DNA of 64,000 nt from a virus (Duplodnaviria; Heunggongvirae; Uroviricota; Caudoviricetes). The translations under genes were made by a program, and so were the position numbers. The stretch is from the IMG/VR virus record IMGVR_UViG_2565956708_000007; one strand, written 5' to 3'. The stretch's first letter is position 1, and each line of letters begins with the position of its first letter. The notes beneath the pieces are model-generated. The model made no database searches and was not told the DNA's origin. It saw only the letters and a program-made list of their open reading frames with translations. This document shows positions 54,418-64,000 of this stretch, piece by piece.

Positions 54418-55416
54418 TTATCCGTTACCGCGCGACGGTTTCTGCGTGATAAACGTCTCAAGCATCTTTTCCGCAATTGCCGACCAGGTGTGACACTGGA
54501 CCTTTTCAGCATTTTTCACGCGATCAACGCGAGCAATAACCTCATCCCAATCAATCCGCGACTTGATAACCATATGGTTCACCAACTCCAGGCGATCCGG
54601 CGGAAGGCAATCGGGCGGAGTTAATATCAACGCTCCACACATTGCCGCCTCAAGAACAGTTAATCCAAGGCTTTCGGGATGCGTAACGATAAAAATGTCA
54701 CTCTTACGCAATTCAGCTGCAAATTCGGTTGCTGGTACCGGAGTCCGTCTGTATGGGGTTACCGAAATATTCCCCGGCTCAATGGTAACCAATCCGTCAT
54801 CGGTCAGCGTTTTGGCCTCATACGGAACGGTCAGGCGCTGAAGGTTCATAAGGATACTTAAGGAGTGATCAAACCCACTAACATCAAATGCCGCGTGGTC
54901 TACAAAAATACGCAGAACATCGTCTGTTTTGGTTTCCAGATGGAACAGCTCCTGATTCGCTGCCCATCCAACATGTTTGTTAAAACGATTATGACGCTCT
55001 AACCTGCCGGGATTATCCAGGTACCGCCAGGTATCATCGCGGACAGTAAAAGTAATATCGACTGGTGCCGAATCCAGCATAGAACCGTCATATACCTGGG
55101 CTACCCATCCAGAGAATCGGCGACACAGTTGCATGCCTATTTCCCTGGGTACCGTAGTAAAATACCTCAATCCTGGTGCCAAAATGGCCTTCGCAGAACA
55201 TGCGGTCGCAGCAGTCAACACAGCTTCAACATAATCCTCCGGGCTTTCGACGCCAGGGGAATATGGACGATGGTATTGCAATGTTACCCCTGCCTCACTA
55301 AAGGCGCAGGCCAGGTTATAAGCCCACATTTCCGTATATGTTTTCACATCACTGATAGCTTCAAATTTTCGCCCAATGATCAGGATGTTCATCGGCTTTT
55401 CCTCATTCCATTGCAT
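54418..55416 (-). CDS. GT-B glycosyltransferase-like protein downstream of ban (position of dbn)
   Basis: ESLGLTVLEAAMCGALIL resembles GT4 E-x7-E motif. Confidence 0.5.
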   Translation of the reverse strand: MQWNEEKPMNILIIGRKFEAISDVKTYTEMWAYNLACAFSEAGVTLQYHRPYSPGVESPEDYVEAVLTAATACSAKAILAPGLRYFTTVPREIGMQLCRRFSGWVAQVYDGSMLDSAPVDITFTVRDDTWRYLDNPGRLERHNRFNKHVGWAANQELFHLETKTDDVLRIFVDHAAFDVSGFDHSLSILMNLQRLTVPYEAKTLTDDGLVTIEPGNISVTPYRRTPVPATEFAAELRKSDIFIVTHPESLGLTVLEAAMCGALILTPPDCLPPDRLELVNHMVIKSRIDWDEVIARVDRVKNAEKVQCHTWSAIAEKMLETFITQKPSRGNG

Positions 55417-56786
55417 TAATAATCCTCTTGCCAGTCAGCACCAGCATAGTTATCAAACCGTGAGTATTGGCCGTTAAAAGCCAATCTCACCGTGCCAATT
55501 GGGCCATTTCGTTGCTTTCCGATAATTACCTCGGCAATGCCCTTCATTTCGCTATCCGGGTGATAAACTTCGTCGCGATACAGAAACATGATCAGGTCTG
55601 CATCCTGCTCAATTGCTCCTGATTCACGTAAATCTGAATTTACCGGTCGTTTGTCCGCACGCTGTTCAAGCGATCGATTAAGTTGTGACAATGCCACCAC
55701 CGGTACTTGTAATTCCTTCGCCAACGCCTTCAGTGAGCGAGAAATCTCGGCAATTTCCAGCGTTCGGTTATCTTGCAGCTCGGGGACGCGCATAAGTTGC
55801 AGGTAGTCGATCATAATCATGCTCAAACCACCATTTTCTTTATAAACACGACGAGCGCGGGAACGAAGCTCTGTAGGTGTCAGGGCGCTTGAGTCATCAA
55901 TAAAAATATTCTGCTTGTCCAACAGAATACCCATTGCGCCAGAAACCCGCGCCCAATCATCGTCGTTAAGTTGCCCCGTTCTAATACGAGTCTGATCAAC
56001 GCGTGCAAGAGAAGCCAGTGAGCGCATCATCAGCTGGTGGCTCGGCATCTCAAGGCTAAAAACCAATACGGGCTTATCGTTACGAACTGCGGCATTTTCG
56101 ACGAGATTCATCGCAAACGTGGTCTTCCCCATAGATGGGCGGGCGGCGACAATGATGAGATCGGACGGCTGAAGCCCTGCCGTCTTCTTATTGAGATCGG
56201 TAAATCCCGTATCAAGCCCCGTTACACCATCATGTGGTCGCTGAAACAACTCTTCTATGCGAGATACCGTTGCATCGAGAATGCTGGCGATATCTTTTGG
56301 ACCACTACCGCTCTTTTGTCGTTTTTCAGCTATTTCAAAAACGCGGCGCTCGGCCATATCCAGCAATTCATTGCTGCCCCTGCCATCCTGCGCATATCCA
56401 GCTTCGGCTATTTCATTTGCGACGGAAATCATTTCACGAACAACCGCGCGTTCACGAACGATATCCGCATAAGCACAAATATTTGCCGCGCTGGGCGTGT
56501 TCTTTGACATCTCCGCAAGGTACGCAAAACCACCGGCGCGTTCTAATTTACCGTTCTGTTCAAGTGCTTCAGCAAGTGTTATCAAATCAATCGGTTTGCC
56601 ATGACTTAATAACCTCTCCATCTCACTGAAAATTTCACGATGAGCACTGGTATAAAAATCATCAGCAACTATACGATCTGCAACTTCATCCCAGCGGCAG
56701 TTATCAAGCATTAAGCCACCAAGTACAGCTTGTTCTGCACTAAGGGAATTTGGCATGGATTCAAGAGGGGATGCAGACATTAGCAC
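55416..56786 (-). CDS. ban: Ban, DnaB-family replicative helicase
   Basis: 456 aa; Walker A ARPSMGKTT, Walker B IMIDYLQ, arginine finger region. Confidence 0.92.
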   Translation of the reverse strand: MLMSASPLESMPNSLSAEQAVLGGLMLDNCRWDEVADRIVADDFYTSAHREIFSEMERLLSHGKPIDLITLAEALEQNGKLERAGGFAYLAEMSKNTPSAANICAYADIVRERAVVREMISVANEIAEAGYAQDGRGSNELLDMAERRVFEIAEKRQKSGSGPKDIASILDATVSRIEELFQRPHDGVTGLDTGFTDLNKKTAGLQPSDLIIVAARPSMGKTTFAMNLVENAAVRNDKPVLVFSLEMPSHQLMMRSLASLARVDQTRIRTGQLNDDDWARVSGAMGILLDKQNIFIDDSSALTPTELRSRARRVYKENGGLSMIMIDYLQLMRVPELQDNRTLEIAEISRSLKALAKELQVPVVALSQLNRSLEQRADKRPVNSDLRESGAIEQDADLIMFLYRDEVYHPDSEMKGIAEVIIGKQRNGPIGTVRLAFNGQYSRFDNYAGADWQEDY

Positions 56787-57066
56787 TCCACCCAGGCGTG
56801 CTGAATGTCAGATATAATCGGCATACTCAAATCACTCCTAACGATATGAGTCATCACCAGAAAATCAGGATTAATGCGCCGGACTCTTCCCGGCTGTCAC
56901 ACCGAATCGCCAGGATGGTGAATCCCTTTACCCGAGAAACAACAAACGGTGGCTTGCACATTCCGGCTACCTGGTTCGTTGCCTGAGCTAGGGGCAAGGT
57001 TCCCCCCTTTTAACGTCACCAGACCGCTAACGACGCATGTGCCAGACGCCGTGTTACAACCAAATA

Positions 57067-57142
57067 TGGTGGCCCCTACCGGACTTGAACCGGTGACCGT
57101 GCGATTATGAGTCGCCAGCTCTAACCACTGAGCTAAAGGGCC
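57067..57142 (-). tRNA. tRNA-Ile2 (anticodon CAU, lysidine type; Met not excluded)
   Basis: 76-nt cloverleaf; sequence GGCCCTTTAGCTCAGTGGTTAGAGC...CTCATAA...GGTTCAAGTCC...CCA closely resembles E. coli ileX as I recall it. Confidence 0.85.
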
Positions 57143-57169
57143 GGATTACTGCCAATTTTGCTTACGCTT

Positions 57170-57997
57170 TTATTTCACCGGAACAAACGGAACAGCGGTA
57201 TTACTGGTCATATACTGCGGTAATGTACCGTTCCATTTGTTGATCGCTTCCAACTCCATAACACCGGGGTTCTGGCGCAGAGCTTCACCACGTAAACGAA
57301 TGGCATCAGCTTCGGCCTGGGCTTTTGTGCGAATAGCATCAGCCTGTCCGGCAGCTTCCGCGCGCAGCATGTTGGCCTCTGCTTCACGTTGTTTGACCTC
57401 TTGCTCGCGTTGCAGGGTTTTTTGGTTTGCCGTGACTTTGGCGTTAATACTGTCAATAACTGTTGGCGGGTATTCTGGCTTACCTACATAAGAGAGGCTC
57501 ATCACCTGAATGCCGATTGGCGTCATTTCTTCCTGAATGTCTTTAAGGGCTGCATCAAGCAATTCAGATTTGCCACCGTCGATAAATTTGTCGGTGGTCA
57601 TTTTGCTGGCTAACCGGTTCAGAGCATCTGCAACCTTCTGGCGTAGATCGGTATCAGTAATATCATCTACACCTTTGCGATAGGTCTGAAATACCGTTGT
57701 GACTTTTGCTGGATCAACCTTGTAGGCTACGCCGATGTGGTAACCAATGGTTGTTCCGTCGCTCATCTGGAAGCTGAACGGCTCATCGTATGTCTTCATT
57801 TGCTTAAAGGTCGGGAAGATATAAACTTCAGTATTCAAGCCTGTCCAGTAGCGACCAACGCCAACTACTTCACCGATACCTTTATCATCCCCCAGCTTAT
57901 TTACTTTGATCCCTACGTTACCTGGCTCTACCCGATCGCATCCGGTCAGACATAAAGAACCCAAAATAATCGCTGCACTAATCAACGTTTTTTTCAT
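57170..57997 (-). CDS. plp: Plp, SPFH/band-7 lipoprotein
   Basis: Lipobox LCLTGC, SPFH-like core, Ala/Gln-rich coiled-coil tail. Confidence 0.7.
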   Translation of the reverse strand: MKKTLISAAIILGSLCLTGCDRVEPGNVGIKVNKLGDDKGIGEVVGVGRYWTGLNTEVYIFPTFKQMKTYDEPFSFQMSDGTTIGYHIGVAYKVDPAKVTTVFQTYRKGVDDITDTDLRQKVADALNRLASKMTTDKFIDGGKSELLDAALKDIQEEMTPIGIQVMSLSYVGKPEYPPTVIDSINAKVTANQKTLQREQEVKQREAEANMLRAEAAGQADAIRTKAQAEADAIRLRGEALRQNPGVMELEAINKWNGTLPQYMTSNTAVPFVPVK

Positions 57998-58214
57998 TAA
58001 TTAATTTCCTGGTTTTTTCACGAAAAAAGACTACTGCGAAAGCCGGGTAAATGAGCGCGAGAAGGACTCCCAACAATACAAGTATTGTGCTGTTAGATGA
58101 GATCATATTTGGCAAAAGCCAAACATACAGAACCAGTGACACAATCAAACAGAGGACGGCATAAATATATAACCGCACCCATAGCGTTCGACATTTGTTC
58201 GGATTGTTCTGCAT
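57978..58214 (-). CDS. upl: Upl-like small membrane protein
   Basis: 78 aa two-TM ORF upstream of plp. Confidence 0.4.
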   Translation of the reverse strand: MQNNPNKCRTLWVRLYIYAVLCLIVSLVLYVWLLPNMISSNSTILVLLGVLLALIYPAFAVVFFREKTRKLINEKNVD

Positions 58215-58359
58215 CCTCTCACTCCATTATTTAACGAATAAAAAAGCTGCGGTGCCGGGTGCCTCCCGGTGTCCTTTGGCTGGTTATCCACCGTGGACGG
58301 GGAAACAAGGAGAAATGAATGGACTGATATAACCATTTCCCCGCGTGCGCTTAGCCGCA

Positions 58360-59141
58360 TTCACCGCAACGGAAAGAGCATTCTTGGTGGACCTGTAGAT
58401 TGGGATATGAACCCGTTACAGGAGAATGCTCTTACCTGTTACGTGCTCCGTTTCGTGGAGCTAACGGCGGGTGATCGGGCCGCACCAGGCTGGACTTATT
58501 TCAGCGTTATGCTCATGCCAGAGAATCAAACTGTGATGGTCGGTGCTGAACTCCGACACAGGGTTGTAGCAAGCCCCGCAAAGCGCGCACTACTGTAGTT
58601 GCGGCACATCAGCCTGTGCATTCACCACAATGTTGAGAACACTGGTTGTCACGCTGCAACGCAACATTTATTCGTAGATTGGGATATGACCCCGTTACGC
58701 CAGTGTTCTCAACGTTGTAGTGCCGGTTACGGTTCCGGCCAGGCCTCTTCCTCAACGGGGTGTTCTCCATACGGACTACCGTTTATTGGTCGTTCCTGCG
58801 GTTTATGTTGTGAAGCCAGATGCTTATCTTCTGGTTGCTTCAAAGAGCTGCACTTCATCACAACGGTAAGAGCACTCGATGCATTTAAGCCAAGCCCCAT
58901 AATGGAGAATGCCCTTACCTGTTGTGTTGTGATGACCGGTGCTGATCTCCGGCTTGCGGTTATTTCAGACTCTCACGGGCGTTTAATTGCCCCGCCGAAC
59001 AGCTCTTTTCCGCAATAGCTGCAATGTCTTTCGCGCATCAGCCTGCGCATTCATCACAACGGTAAGGGTACTTCGTAGGGATTCGAACCCTCTGCCAAGC
59101 TCGGCGATCTCCGACGTCGCAAAATACCCTTACCTGTTGTG
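58360..59141. repeat. Family of four inverted-repeat hairpin elements sharing the stem motif CACAAC(A)GGTAAGGG / CCCTTACC(T)GTTGTG, three with a tRNA T-arm-like loop
   Basis: Stems at about 58360-58380/58431-58445, 58628-58645/58700-58717, 58856-58873/58912-58926, 59055-59068/59127-59141; loops contain GGGAT(A/T)(T/C)GA(A/C)CCC. Confidence 0.6.
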
Positions 59142-59142
59142 C

Positions 59143-59218
59143 TGGTGCCGATTAACGGACTCGAACCGCTGACATCCTGCTTACAAGGCAGGCGCTCTAC
59201 CAACTGAGCTAAACCGGC
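59143..59218 (-). tRNA. tRNA-Thr (anticodon UGU)
   Basis: GCCGGTTTAGCTCAGTTGGTAGAGCGCCTGCCTTGTAAGCAGGATGTCAGCGGTTCGAGTCCGTTAATCGGCACCA, full cloverleaf with encoded CCA. Confidence 0.9.
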
Positions 59219-59220
59219 AT

Positions 59221-59296
59221 TGGCGATGGTGGATGGATTTGAACCATCGACCCGTTGATTAACAGTCAACCGCTCTAACCGCTGAGCTACACCATC
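59221..59296 (-). tRNA. tRNA-Asn (anticodon GUU)
   Basis: GATGGTGTAGCTCAGCGGTTAGAGCGGTTGACTGTTAATCAACGGGTCGATGGTTCAAATCCATCCACCATCGCCA. Confidence 0.9.
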
Positions 59297-59951
59297 ACTT
59301 GCCGGGTACGTCTCCGGCGAGGGCTTCCACCTCCGTATGCTTTTCGGCGCACCGCGCCCTGGCTGCAATTCGGTAACAGGGGATGCATAACCCTGGCTTC
59401 CAGCGTGATTAGCGCTTTCAGCATGACGGGATATACCCGTAAATTCGTGGAACTGTACCCAAAGTGCTGTTAAGCACCGCTGTTACGCTGAAAAGAAGAC
59501 GCAACAGGAAAGGACGCTGACCAACAGATGGCCCCTTCTCGTTCATCTGGTTAATCACACCAGCGCCCTTACCTGTTGTGCCTCCCCGTTCCCTAATACA
59601 CAGACGGGGACACTCTGCGGTCGATTTTTTTGACGGGGGACGACTCATACCCCGTGGCATCTGGTTTCTTAGGCCGCTACCATCATCAGATCATCGTTTG
59701 CATTTACTTTAATGGTCAGTTTCTAAACCGCCGCAAAGTCGCTAACCATGACGAAAACCCTGAAAAAAACGCCCACCCGAAGATGGGCAAACTGGAAGCT
59801 CGTAACGCACTTCGGCGTTGCCACTTAGGCGCATGGTCAACCTGGCAACTCGGTGGTTTGTCTGGGAGGACTAGGCCCAGCCATGCTTACCGCCGCGCCT
59901 GTCGCGGCTAACAGCTAAATCGCTCTATAAATCACGATTCATTGAGGCGAT

Positions 59952-59979
59952 ATTACACTAATAAATTTATTAGAGCAAT
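59952..59979. promoter_or_regulatory. Overlapping inverted pair of C1 operators (ATTACACTAATAAATTTATTAGAGCAAT) on the dmt stop codon
   Basis: Right half is a perfect match to the reverse consensus; sits at the head of the minus-strand tRNA / plp / ban operon. Confidence 0.7.
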
Positions 59980-62234
59980 ACACCCAAAACGTCATGAGCT
60001 ACACCTCGAGTGTCCCCCTTACAAGACACAGAACGTCTGGCAAAAAGAGGTTCCACTCTGAAGCCACTGTCATGATAAAGCTCTCTGATGTTTGGCGCGC
60101 CACTGTTAGTAATGAGAACCTTTGCACCTCGACGATGAGCATCCGTCAACAGAGACACCAGGCGTTTTTGCTCTTCAAACTTAAAGTCATGACCGGAATA
60201 GTTCGTGAATCCCTCTGTATTTGGAAGCGGTTCATACGGCGGATCGCAAAAGATGACATCTCCTTCTCCGGCAGCTTCAATCACCGCTGCAAAATCACCG
60301 CATACAAACTCAGACCGCCCTTCCGCACCGAGGAAGGCTTCCATCTCCTGTAATGGGAAATACGGAGTTTTATACTTCCCATAACCGACATTGAACTCAC
60401 CGGCCTGGTTGTAACGCGTCAATCCGTTAAAACAATGTCGGTTCAGGAACAAAAACGCCGCTGCGCGATGTAAATCATCATAGACTTGTTTGTTAAACGC
60501 ATTCCGTACTGCCAGGTATCCTTCCTGTGTGTTGTAGTCCTGGAAGAAACGATGTGCCAGAGTGATAAGTGAATGCGCCTCGCGTTGCAGAGTCTTGTAA
60601 AAGTTAATCAGGTCAGCATTCACATCATTTAGCAGATTTTCCTGGTATCCGGCATTCATGAAGACAGCTCCGCCACCAACGAAAGGTTCAATCAGGCGCT
60701 TCCCTTCTGGCAAATAGCGAAAGATTTGTTCCAGAACACCAAATTTTCCACCAGCCCATTTGAATATGGACCGTTCGAATTCTGCCGCTGGTTTAACTTT
60801 TCGCTCTTTTGTTTCACTTCCTTCTTTCTGCCGACATACGGCCTTAGTAATCCGATCGCCAATCCAGCGCATTACTGGTATTGCCATACTATTGCCGATC
60901 GCTTTGTAACGCGGTCCGTCAGCTGCAAGCATCGCGGCCTCTTCTTCGCTTAAATCTGGATAGTGATTGCGAAGATATGCCAGTTCATCTGAATTAACTT
61001 TTTTACGCTTTTCCGTCGGGATCAACGTATGCCCATCAGGAAAACCTTGCAGCCTTTCACATTCGACAGGGGTAAGACGGCGGACAGCTACTTCTGCGTT
61101 TCTTACTTCATAGCAAACAGCTGTTGGATTTTTAGCCATTAGAGATGGTGAAGTATTCTTAGTTGCAGCATGTTGTGTACCGCTCATACGCTCAGGAAAA
61201 GCCAATGTAACAAGATGCTCATGGCTTTCTTGCTCACGTGCCCGCAATGTACCATGCCCTTCTGACCAAAAACCTGCTCCTGTGCTGCTAAAAACGGCAA
61301 GGTCAGTGGCATCTTTAAAATCTCTTGCCTTTACTGTCGATGCGGTTTCATCGTCAATATATTCCCCAAATGCTGCCATCCTGAAAGCGTTTACGGCTTT
61401 CGTCGATTTCATACCGGGTGGCATGTCAGCGTGTAGGCATGGATTTAGGCTTTCGCCACTGATTGCAGCGCCATTTGCAATAATGGCGGAAGCGATTTCC
61501 TTCTTTTTTCGGCTCGGCGCAATATTCCGGCGCACGCCTTCGAACTCAAAAAGTACCGTTGCGGGATCGAGGTCTGTTCGAGCACTTGCGACAACAAACA
61601 CGCGTCGGCGTCGTTGTGCCACTCCGAAGTATTGGGCATCAAGGATTCTCCAGGCCACCTTTCGCTGCGGTCCATAAATACAACCACACTGCGGCCACTT
61701 TGGAGCATGGCAACCGGTTTTGCCATCCCACCGCCAGAACGCGTTACTTTTTCCTGATTCAGGTCGATCACCTGGTTCAAATGGCGCATCTTCTCCAGCC
61801 AATCCGGCAAGGAAACATCCGAAGGCGTTATCTGCCGATGACAGGACTCCTGGGACATTTTCCCAGACGATAACTGTCGGTTTGAGAAATGACTCAGCCC
61901 GTTTGTCGTCAATTGCATTTGCAAGCTCCACATACTTTAAAGTTAGCGCGCCACGCTCATCATCAAGCCCACCACGTAATCCAGCGATACTGAATGCCTG
62001 ACAAGGTGTTCCCCCGACGAGCACATCAGGGGATTCGATTTCCCCAGCCAGGACTTTTTTGGCAAGTTTTGTCATGTCGCCAAGGTTGGCGACATGGGGC
62101 CAGCGGTGCGCAAGAACGGCAGATGGAAAAGGCTCGATTTCAGCAAACCACGCCGGACGCATACCCAACGGTTCCCAGGCAATACTCGCGGCTTCAATTC
62201 CACTGCAAACAGATCCATAGCACAGCTCTTTCAC
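59970..62234 (-). CDS. dmt: Dmt, bifunctional DNA methyltransferase (N-terminal C5-cytosine, C-terminal N6-adenine Dam-like)
   Basis: 754 aa; GTPCQAFS and ENV motifs N-terminal, DPPY motif C-terminal. Confidence 0.85.
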   Translation of the reverse strand: MKELCYGSVCSGIEAASIAWEPLGMRPAWFAEIEPFPSAVLAHRWPHVANLGDMTKLAKKVLAGEIESPDVLVGGTPCQAFSIAGLRGGLDDERGALTLKYVELANAIDDKRAESFLKPTVIVWENVPGVLSSADNAFGCFLAGLAGEDAPFEPGDRPESGKSNAFWRWDGKTGCHAPKWPQCGCIYGPQRKVAWRILDAQYFGVAQRRRRVFVVASARTDLDPATVLFEFEGVRRNIAPSRKKKEIASAIIANGAAISGESLNPCLHADMPPGMKSTKAVNAFRMAAFGEYIDDETASTVKARDFKDATDLAVFSSTGAGFWSEGHGTLRAREQESHEHLVTLAFPERMSGTQHAATKNTSPSLMAKNPTAVCYEVRNAEVAVRRLTPVECERLQGFPDGHTLIPTEKRKKVNSDELAYLRNHYPDLSEEEAAMLAADGPRYKAIGNSMAIPVMRWIGDRITKAVCRQKEGSETKERKVKPAAEFERSIFKWAGGKFGVLEQIFRYLPEGKRLIEPFVGGGAVFMNAGYQENLLNDVNADLINFYKTLQREAHSLITLAHRFFQDYNTQEGYLAVRNAFNKQVYDDLHRAAAFLFLNRHCFNGLTRYNQAGEFNVGYGKYKTPYFPLQEMEAFLGAEGRSEFVCGDFAAVIEAAGEGDVIFCDPPYEPLPNTEGFTNYSGHDFKFEEQKRLVSLLTDAHRRGAKVLITNSGAPNIRELYHDSGFRVEPLFARRSVSCKGDTRGVAHDVLGVLL

Positions 62235-63139
62235 TGCTTAGCCTCTCCACCAAGGGCATTTACCAGAGCATCAACCAGGCACGAAATTTCACTGGTCAAC
62301 AGGAAGAAATCTGCGTCCAGTCGCTGCGCTACATCTTCACTATCAATATCAGAGTTCTGATCAAGCAATTCATCCGCAAATTTGACGCTGGTAAGGCTGA
62401 AGTTATGGTCCAGTGTAAATTTAATGCGGTTCTGCCAGTCGAGTGCCAACTTAGTGACGAGCTTGCCAGCTTCCAGGTGTGTGGAAATTTCATCGCTTCC
62501 CAAATCCTGCTTTTTCACTCGGGCAATACCGCCATCCTCAAGCACTGCCTTAAGTTCTGCCGCATCCCCCATTTGAAATCCCTGTGGAGCACTACCATCA
62601 CGTACCCAGTCGGTCAGCGTTAATTCAATGGGATTTTCAACACTCAGGGGAACAACAGGAAGAGAACCCAGAGACTTACGCATAAGCGCGAGCATATCCT
62701 CTGCCTGCCGCGCGCTGGCATTGATATAGATACGTTTAGTTGAACCGTCGTAGATCGCCTGGATAACAGAAAACTTTGAAAAAGCCCGTGGCAGAAGAGA
62801 ATGCAGAACTTCGTCTTTCAGGGAGTCCTTCTCTGTTTTCTTCAGTTTACGCGCTTGTTCTTGCTCAAGTTTTTCAATTTTTTCTTGAATAGCTCGCTGG
62901 ATAACCGGCGGGGGAAGAATTTTTGTTTCGCGCTTTGCTTCAACAAGGATAAAACCATTTCCATGCATAGCGATAACTTCGGAATTATCACCAAATGGAG
63001 ATACAAAACCGAACTTGGCCATATCCTGACTACCGCATGGCGTGAAAAGGATCATTTTCTTTTTATCTTCTAAGTCGGTCAGATCCGCCTCACGAGAAAG
63101 TTTATAAATAGTAATGTTTTTCCAGTGCTTAAACATGTT
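62231..63139 (-). CDS. hrdC: RdgC-like recombination-associated protein
   Basis: Start [13 protein letters not shown], RdgC-like; start overlaps dmt end. Confidence 0.7.
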   Translation of the reverse strand, partial: NMFKHWKNITIYKLSREADLTDLEDKKKMILFTPCGSQDMAKFGFVSPFGDNSEVIAMHGNGFILVEAKRETKILPPPVIQRAIQEKIEKLEQEQARKLKKTEKDSLKDEVLHSLLPRAFSKFSVIQAIYDGSTKRIYINASARQAEDMLALMRKSLGSLPVVPLSVENPIELTLTDWVRDGSAPQGFQMGDAAELKAVLEDGGIARVKKQDLGSDEISTHLEAGKLVTKLALDWQNRIKFTLDHNFSLTSVKFADELLDQNSDIDSEDVAQRLDADFFLLTSEISCLVDALVNALGGEAKQ

Positions 63140-63476
63140 GTAACCCTTGAATATCAACCACAGAAAGCTCGTCTTTGTAGAAAAAGGCCAGGTTGTGGCA
63201 CCCCCTCGTTTGAGCGTATGAGCTGGGACCAATTTCGTTCTTCCAGACAAATGGCTTCAAATCCGTACGGCGAAGCATAAAAACGCGATTTGTTCCGCTC
63301 TGATTCCCAATGAGGCAAAAGCCTTCTTTCACCTTGATAGCCTGCAAGTTGTCGAGTTCACCGCTGGTTACACGGCTATCGAACTCTTTGCGGCTTATTA
63401 GCTCCATCTGCATCTGACGACTCCAAACAAATGCCCATTGAAGGGCGATGGCTGAATGGTACCGAAAATACGACAT
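63129..63476 (-). CDS. Hypothetical protein
   Basis: ORF with ATG at 63476, C1 operator 9 bp upstream. Confidence 0.35.
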   Translation of the reverse strand: MSYFRYHSAIALQWAFVWSRQMQMELISRKEFDSRVTSGELDNLQAIKVKEGFCLIGNQSGTNRVFMLRRTDLKPFVWKNEIGPSSYAQTRGCHNLAFFYKDELSVVDIQGLQHV

Positions 63477-63484
63477 AAAAAACA

Positions 63485-63501
63485 ATATTTATTAGAGCAA
63501 T
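63485..63501. promoter_or_regulatory. C1 operator (ATATTTATTAGAGCAAT)
   Basis: 16/17 match. Confidence 0.6.
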
Positions 63502-63582
63502 TTTGCAATAGTTGAACTCCATGTAGACCACAAACAACCTGAGTTAAAATAACGAAAATCAGAGCAAATAATTGGTGATAAC

Positions 63583-63867
63583 GTGGCAAGTATTGCAACA
63601 AAAGACAGCATTTGTTCGGGGCACGGAGGATTCCCATCCAGGCCTCCTGTAGAGAGTGAACCACTACTTAAAGTCAACGGAGTCGAAGTGTTAGTTGATG
63701 GTAAGCAATATGCACAGCATACCGATGGAAACAGTACGCACGGTGGGCAAGCTATATCAACCAGGGCATGGTTTACCGTCAATGGTAAAGGGATCGTATG
63801 CGTTGGTGACCCTGTTTCATGCGGATCTACCGTAGCGTCCGGAGACGGCCTGGTTCAGGTAAGTTAG
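63583..63867 (+). CDS. PAAR-like small protein
   Basis: GTG start; SGHGG...VNG...THGG...VNGKGIVCVGDPVSCGS repeats. Confidence 0.45.
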   Translation: MASIATKDSICSGHGGFPSRPPVESEPLLKVNGVEVLVDGKQYAQHTDGNSTHGGQAISTRAWFTVNGKGIVCVGDPVSCGSTVASGDGLVQVS

Positions 63868-63876
63868 GAGATATCA

Positions 63877-64000
63877 TGCTGGAAAAAGACTACCAGTTAT
63901 CCGCATATAAAAAATTGGCCGCCGCCGGTGGGATGAAAACACCTGGTGCCATAACATCGGCACGAAACAGTGCTAACACAGCAAAACTGCTTGCAGAAGA
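63877..64000 (+). CDS. Hypothetical protein, partial (runs off window end)
   Basis: ATG at 63877 after AGGAG, open to window edge. Confidence 0.25.

Noticed and set aside
58269-59018. Two plus-strand ORFs (109 and 139 aa) in the tRNA-adjacent repeat region
   Set aside because: Low-complexity Cys/Ser/Gly-rich translations whose shared residues simply mirror the nucleotide repeats; wrong strand for the surrounding operon
59054-59368. 104-aa minus-strand ORF
   Set aside because: It is a translation straight through the tRNA-Thr and tRNA-Asn genes
58360-59600. Possible CRISPR array suggested by the recurring CCCTTACCTGTTGTG motif
   Set aside because: Copies are irregularly spaced, occur in both orientations and form inverted pairs; no cas genes; behaves as hairpin/tRNA-derived repeats

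Overview
This window is a near-complete arc of a P1-family temperate phage / phage-plasmid genome, in reverse orientation to the conventional P1 map. Coordinates I derived myself (sites, operators, tRNAs) may be off by 1-2 bp; CDS coordinates follow the supplied ORF track, with some starts moved to internal ATG codons. Gene order, left to right: the invertase-proximal end of the invertible tail-fibre segment and cin; lydA-lydB-hdf-darA-ddrA-ddrB; a PacB-like paralog and ssb; lyz; pro and prt; darB-ulx-lxc; a variable slot; mat-ref-cra-cre and loxP; coi-c1; pacB-pacA with the pac site; lpa and pdcB; phd-doc; humD with a LexA box; hot; a long operon of small accessory genes; a HAD phosphatase, ppp and neighbours; a tail/baseplate block; a glycosyltransferase-like gene and ban; tRNA-Ile2; plp and upl; a tRNA-derived repeat region; tRNA-Thr and tRNA-Asn; dmt; hrdC. 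C1 operator-like 17-mers (ATTGCTCTAATAAATTT) are scattered at operon starts. The strongest candidate for something undescribed is the slot between lxc and mat: where, from my recollection of the P1 map, the EcoP1I res/mod genes sit, this element carries a single AT-rich GNAT acyltransferase gene whose ribosome-binding region lies inside a perfect 10-bp palindrome. Other points worth a second look are a 243-bp tandem duplication of the crossover site plus the cin 5' end, a terminase PacB paralog with degenerate ATPase motifs, a PP-loop (PAPS-reductase-like) plus ASCH-like gene pair, and a set of tRNA-derived inverted-repeat hairpins inside the C1-controlled tRNA/ban operon. No CRISPR array, rRNA or transposase was seen. 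All homology calls are from reading the translations and from memory of P1; none was checked against a database.
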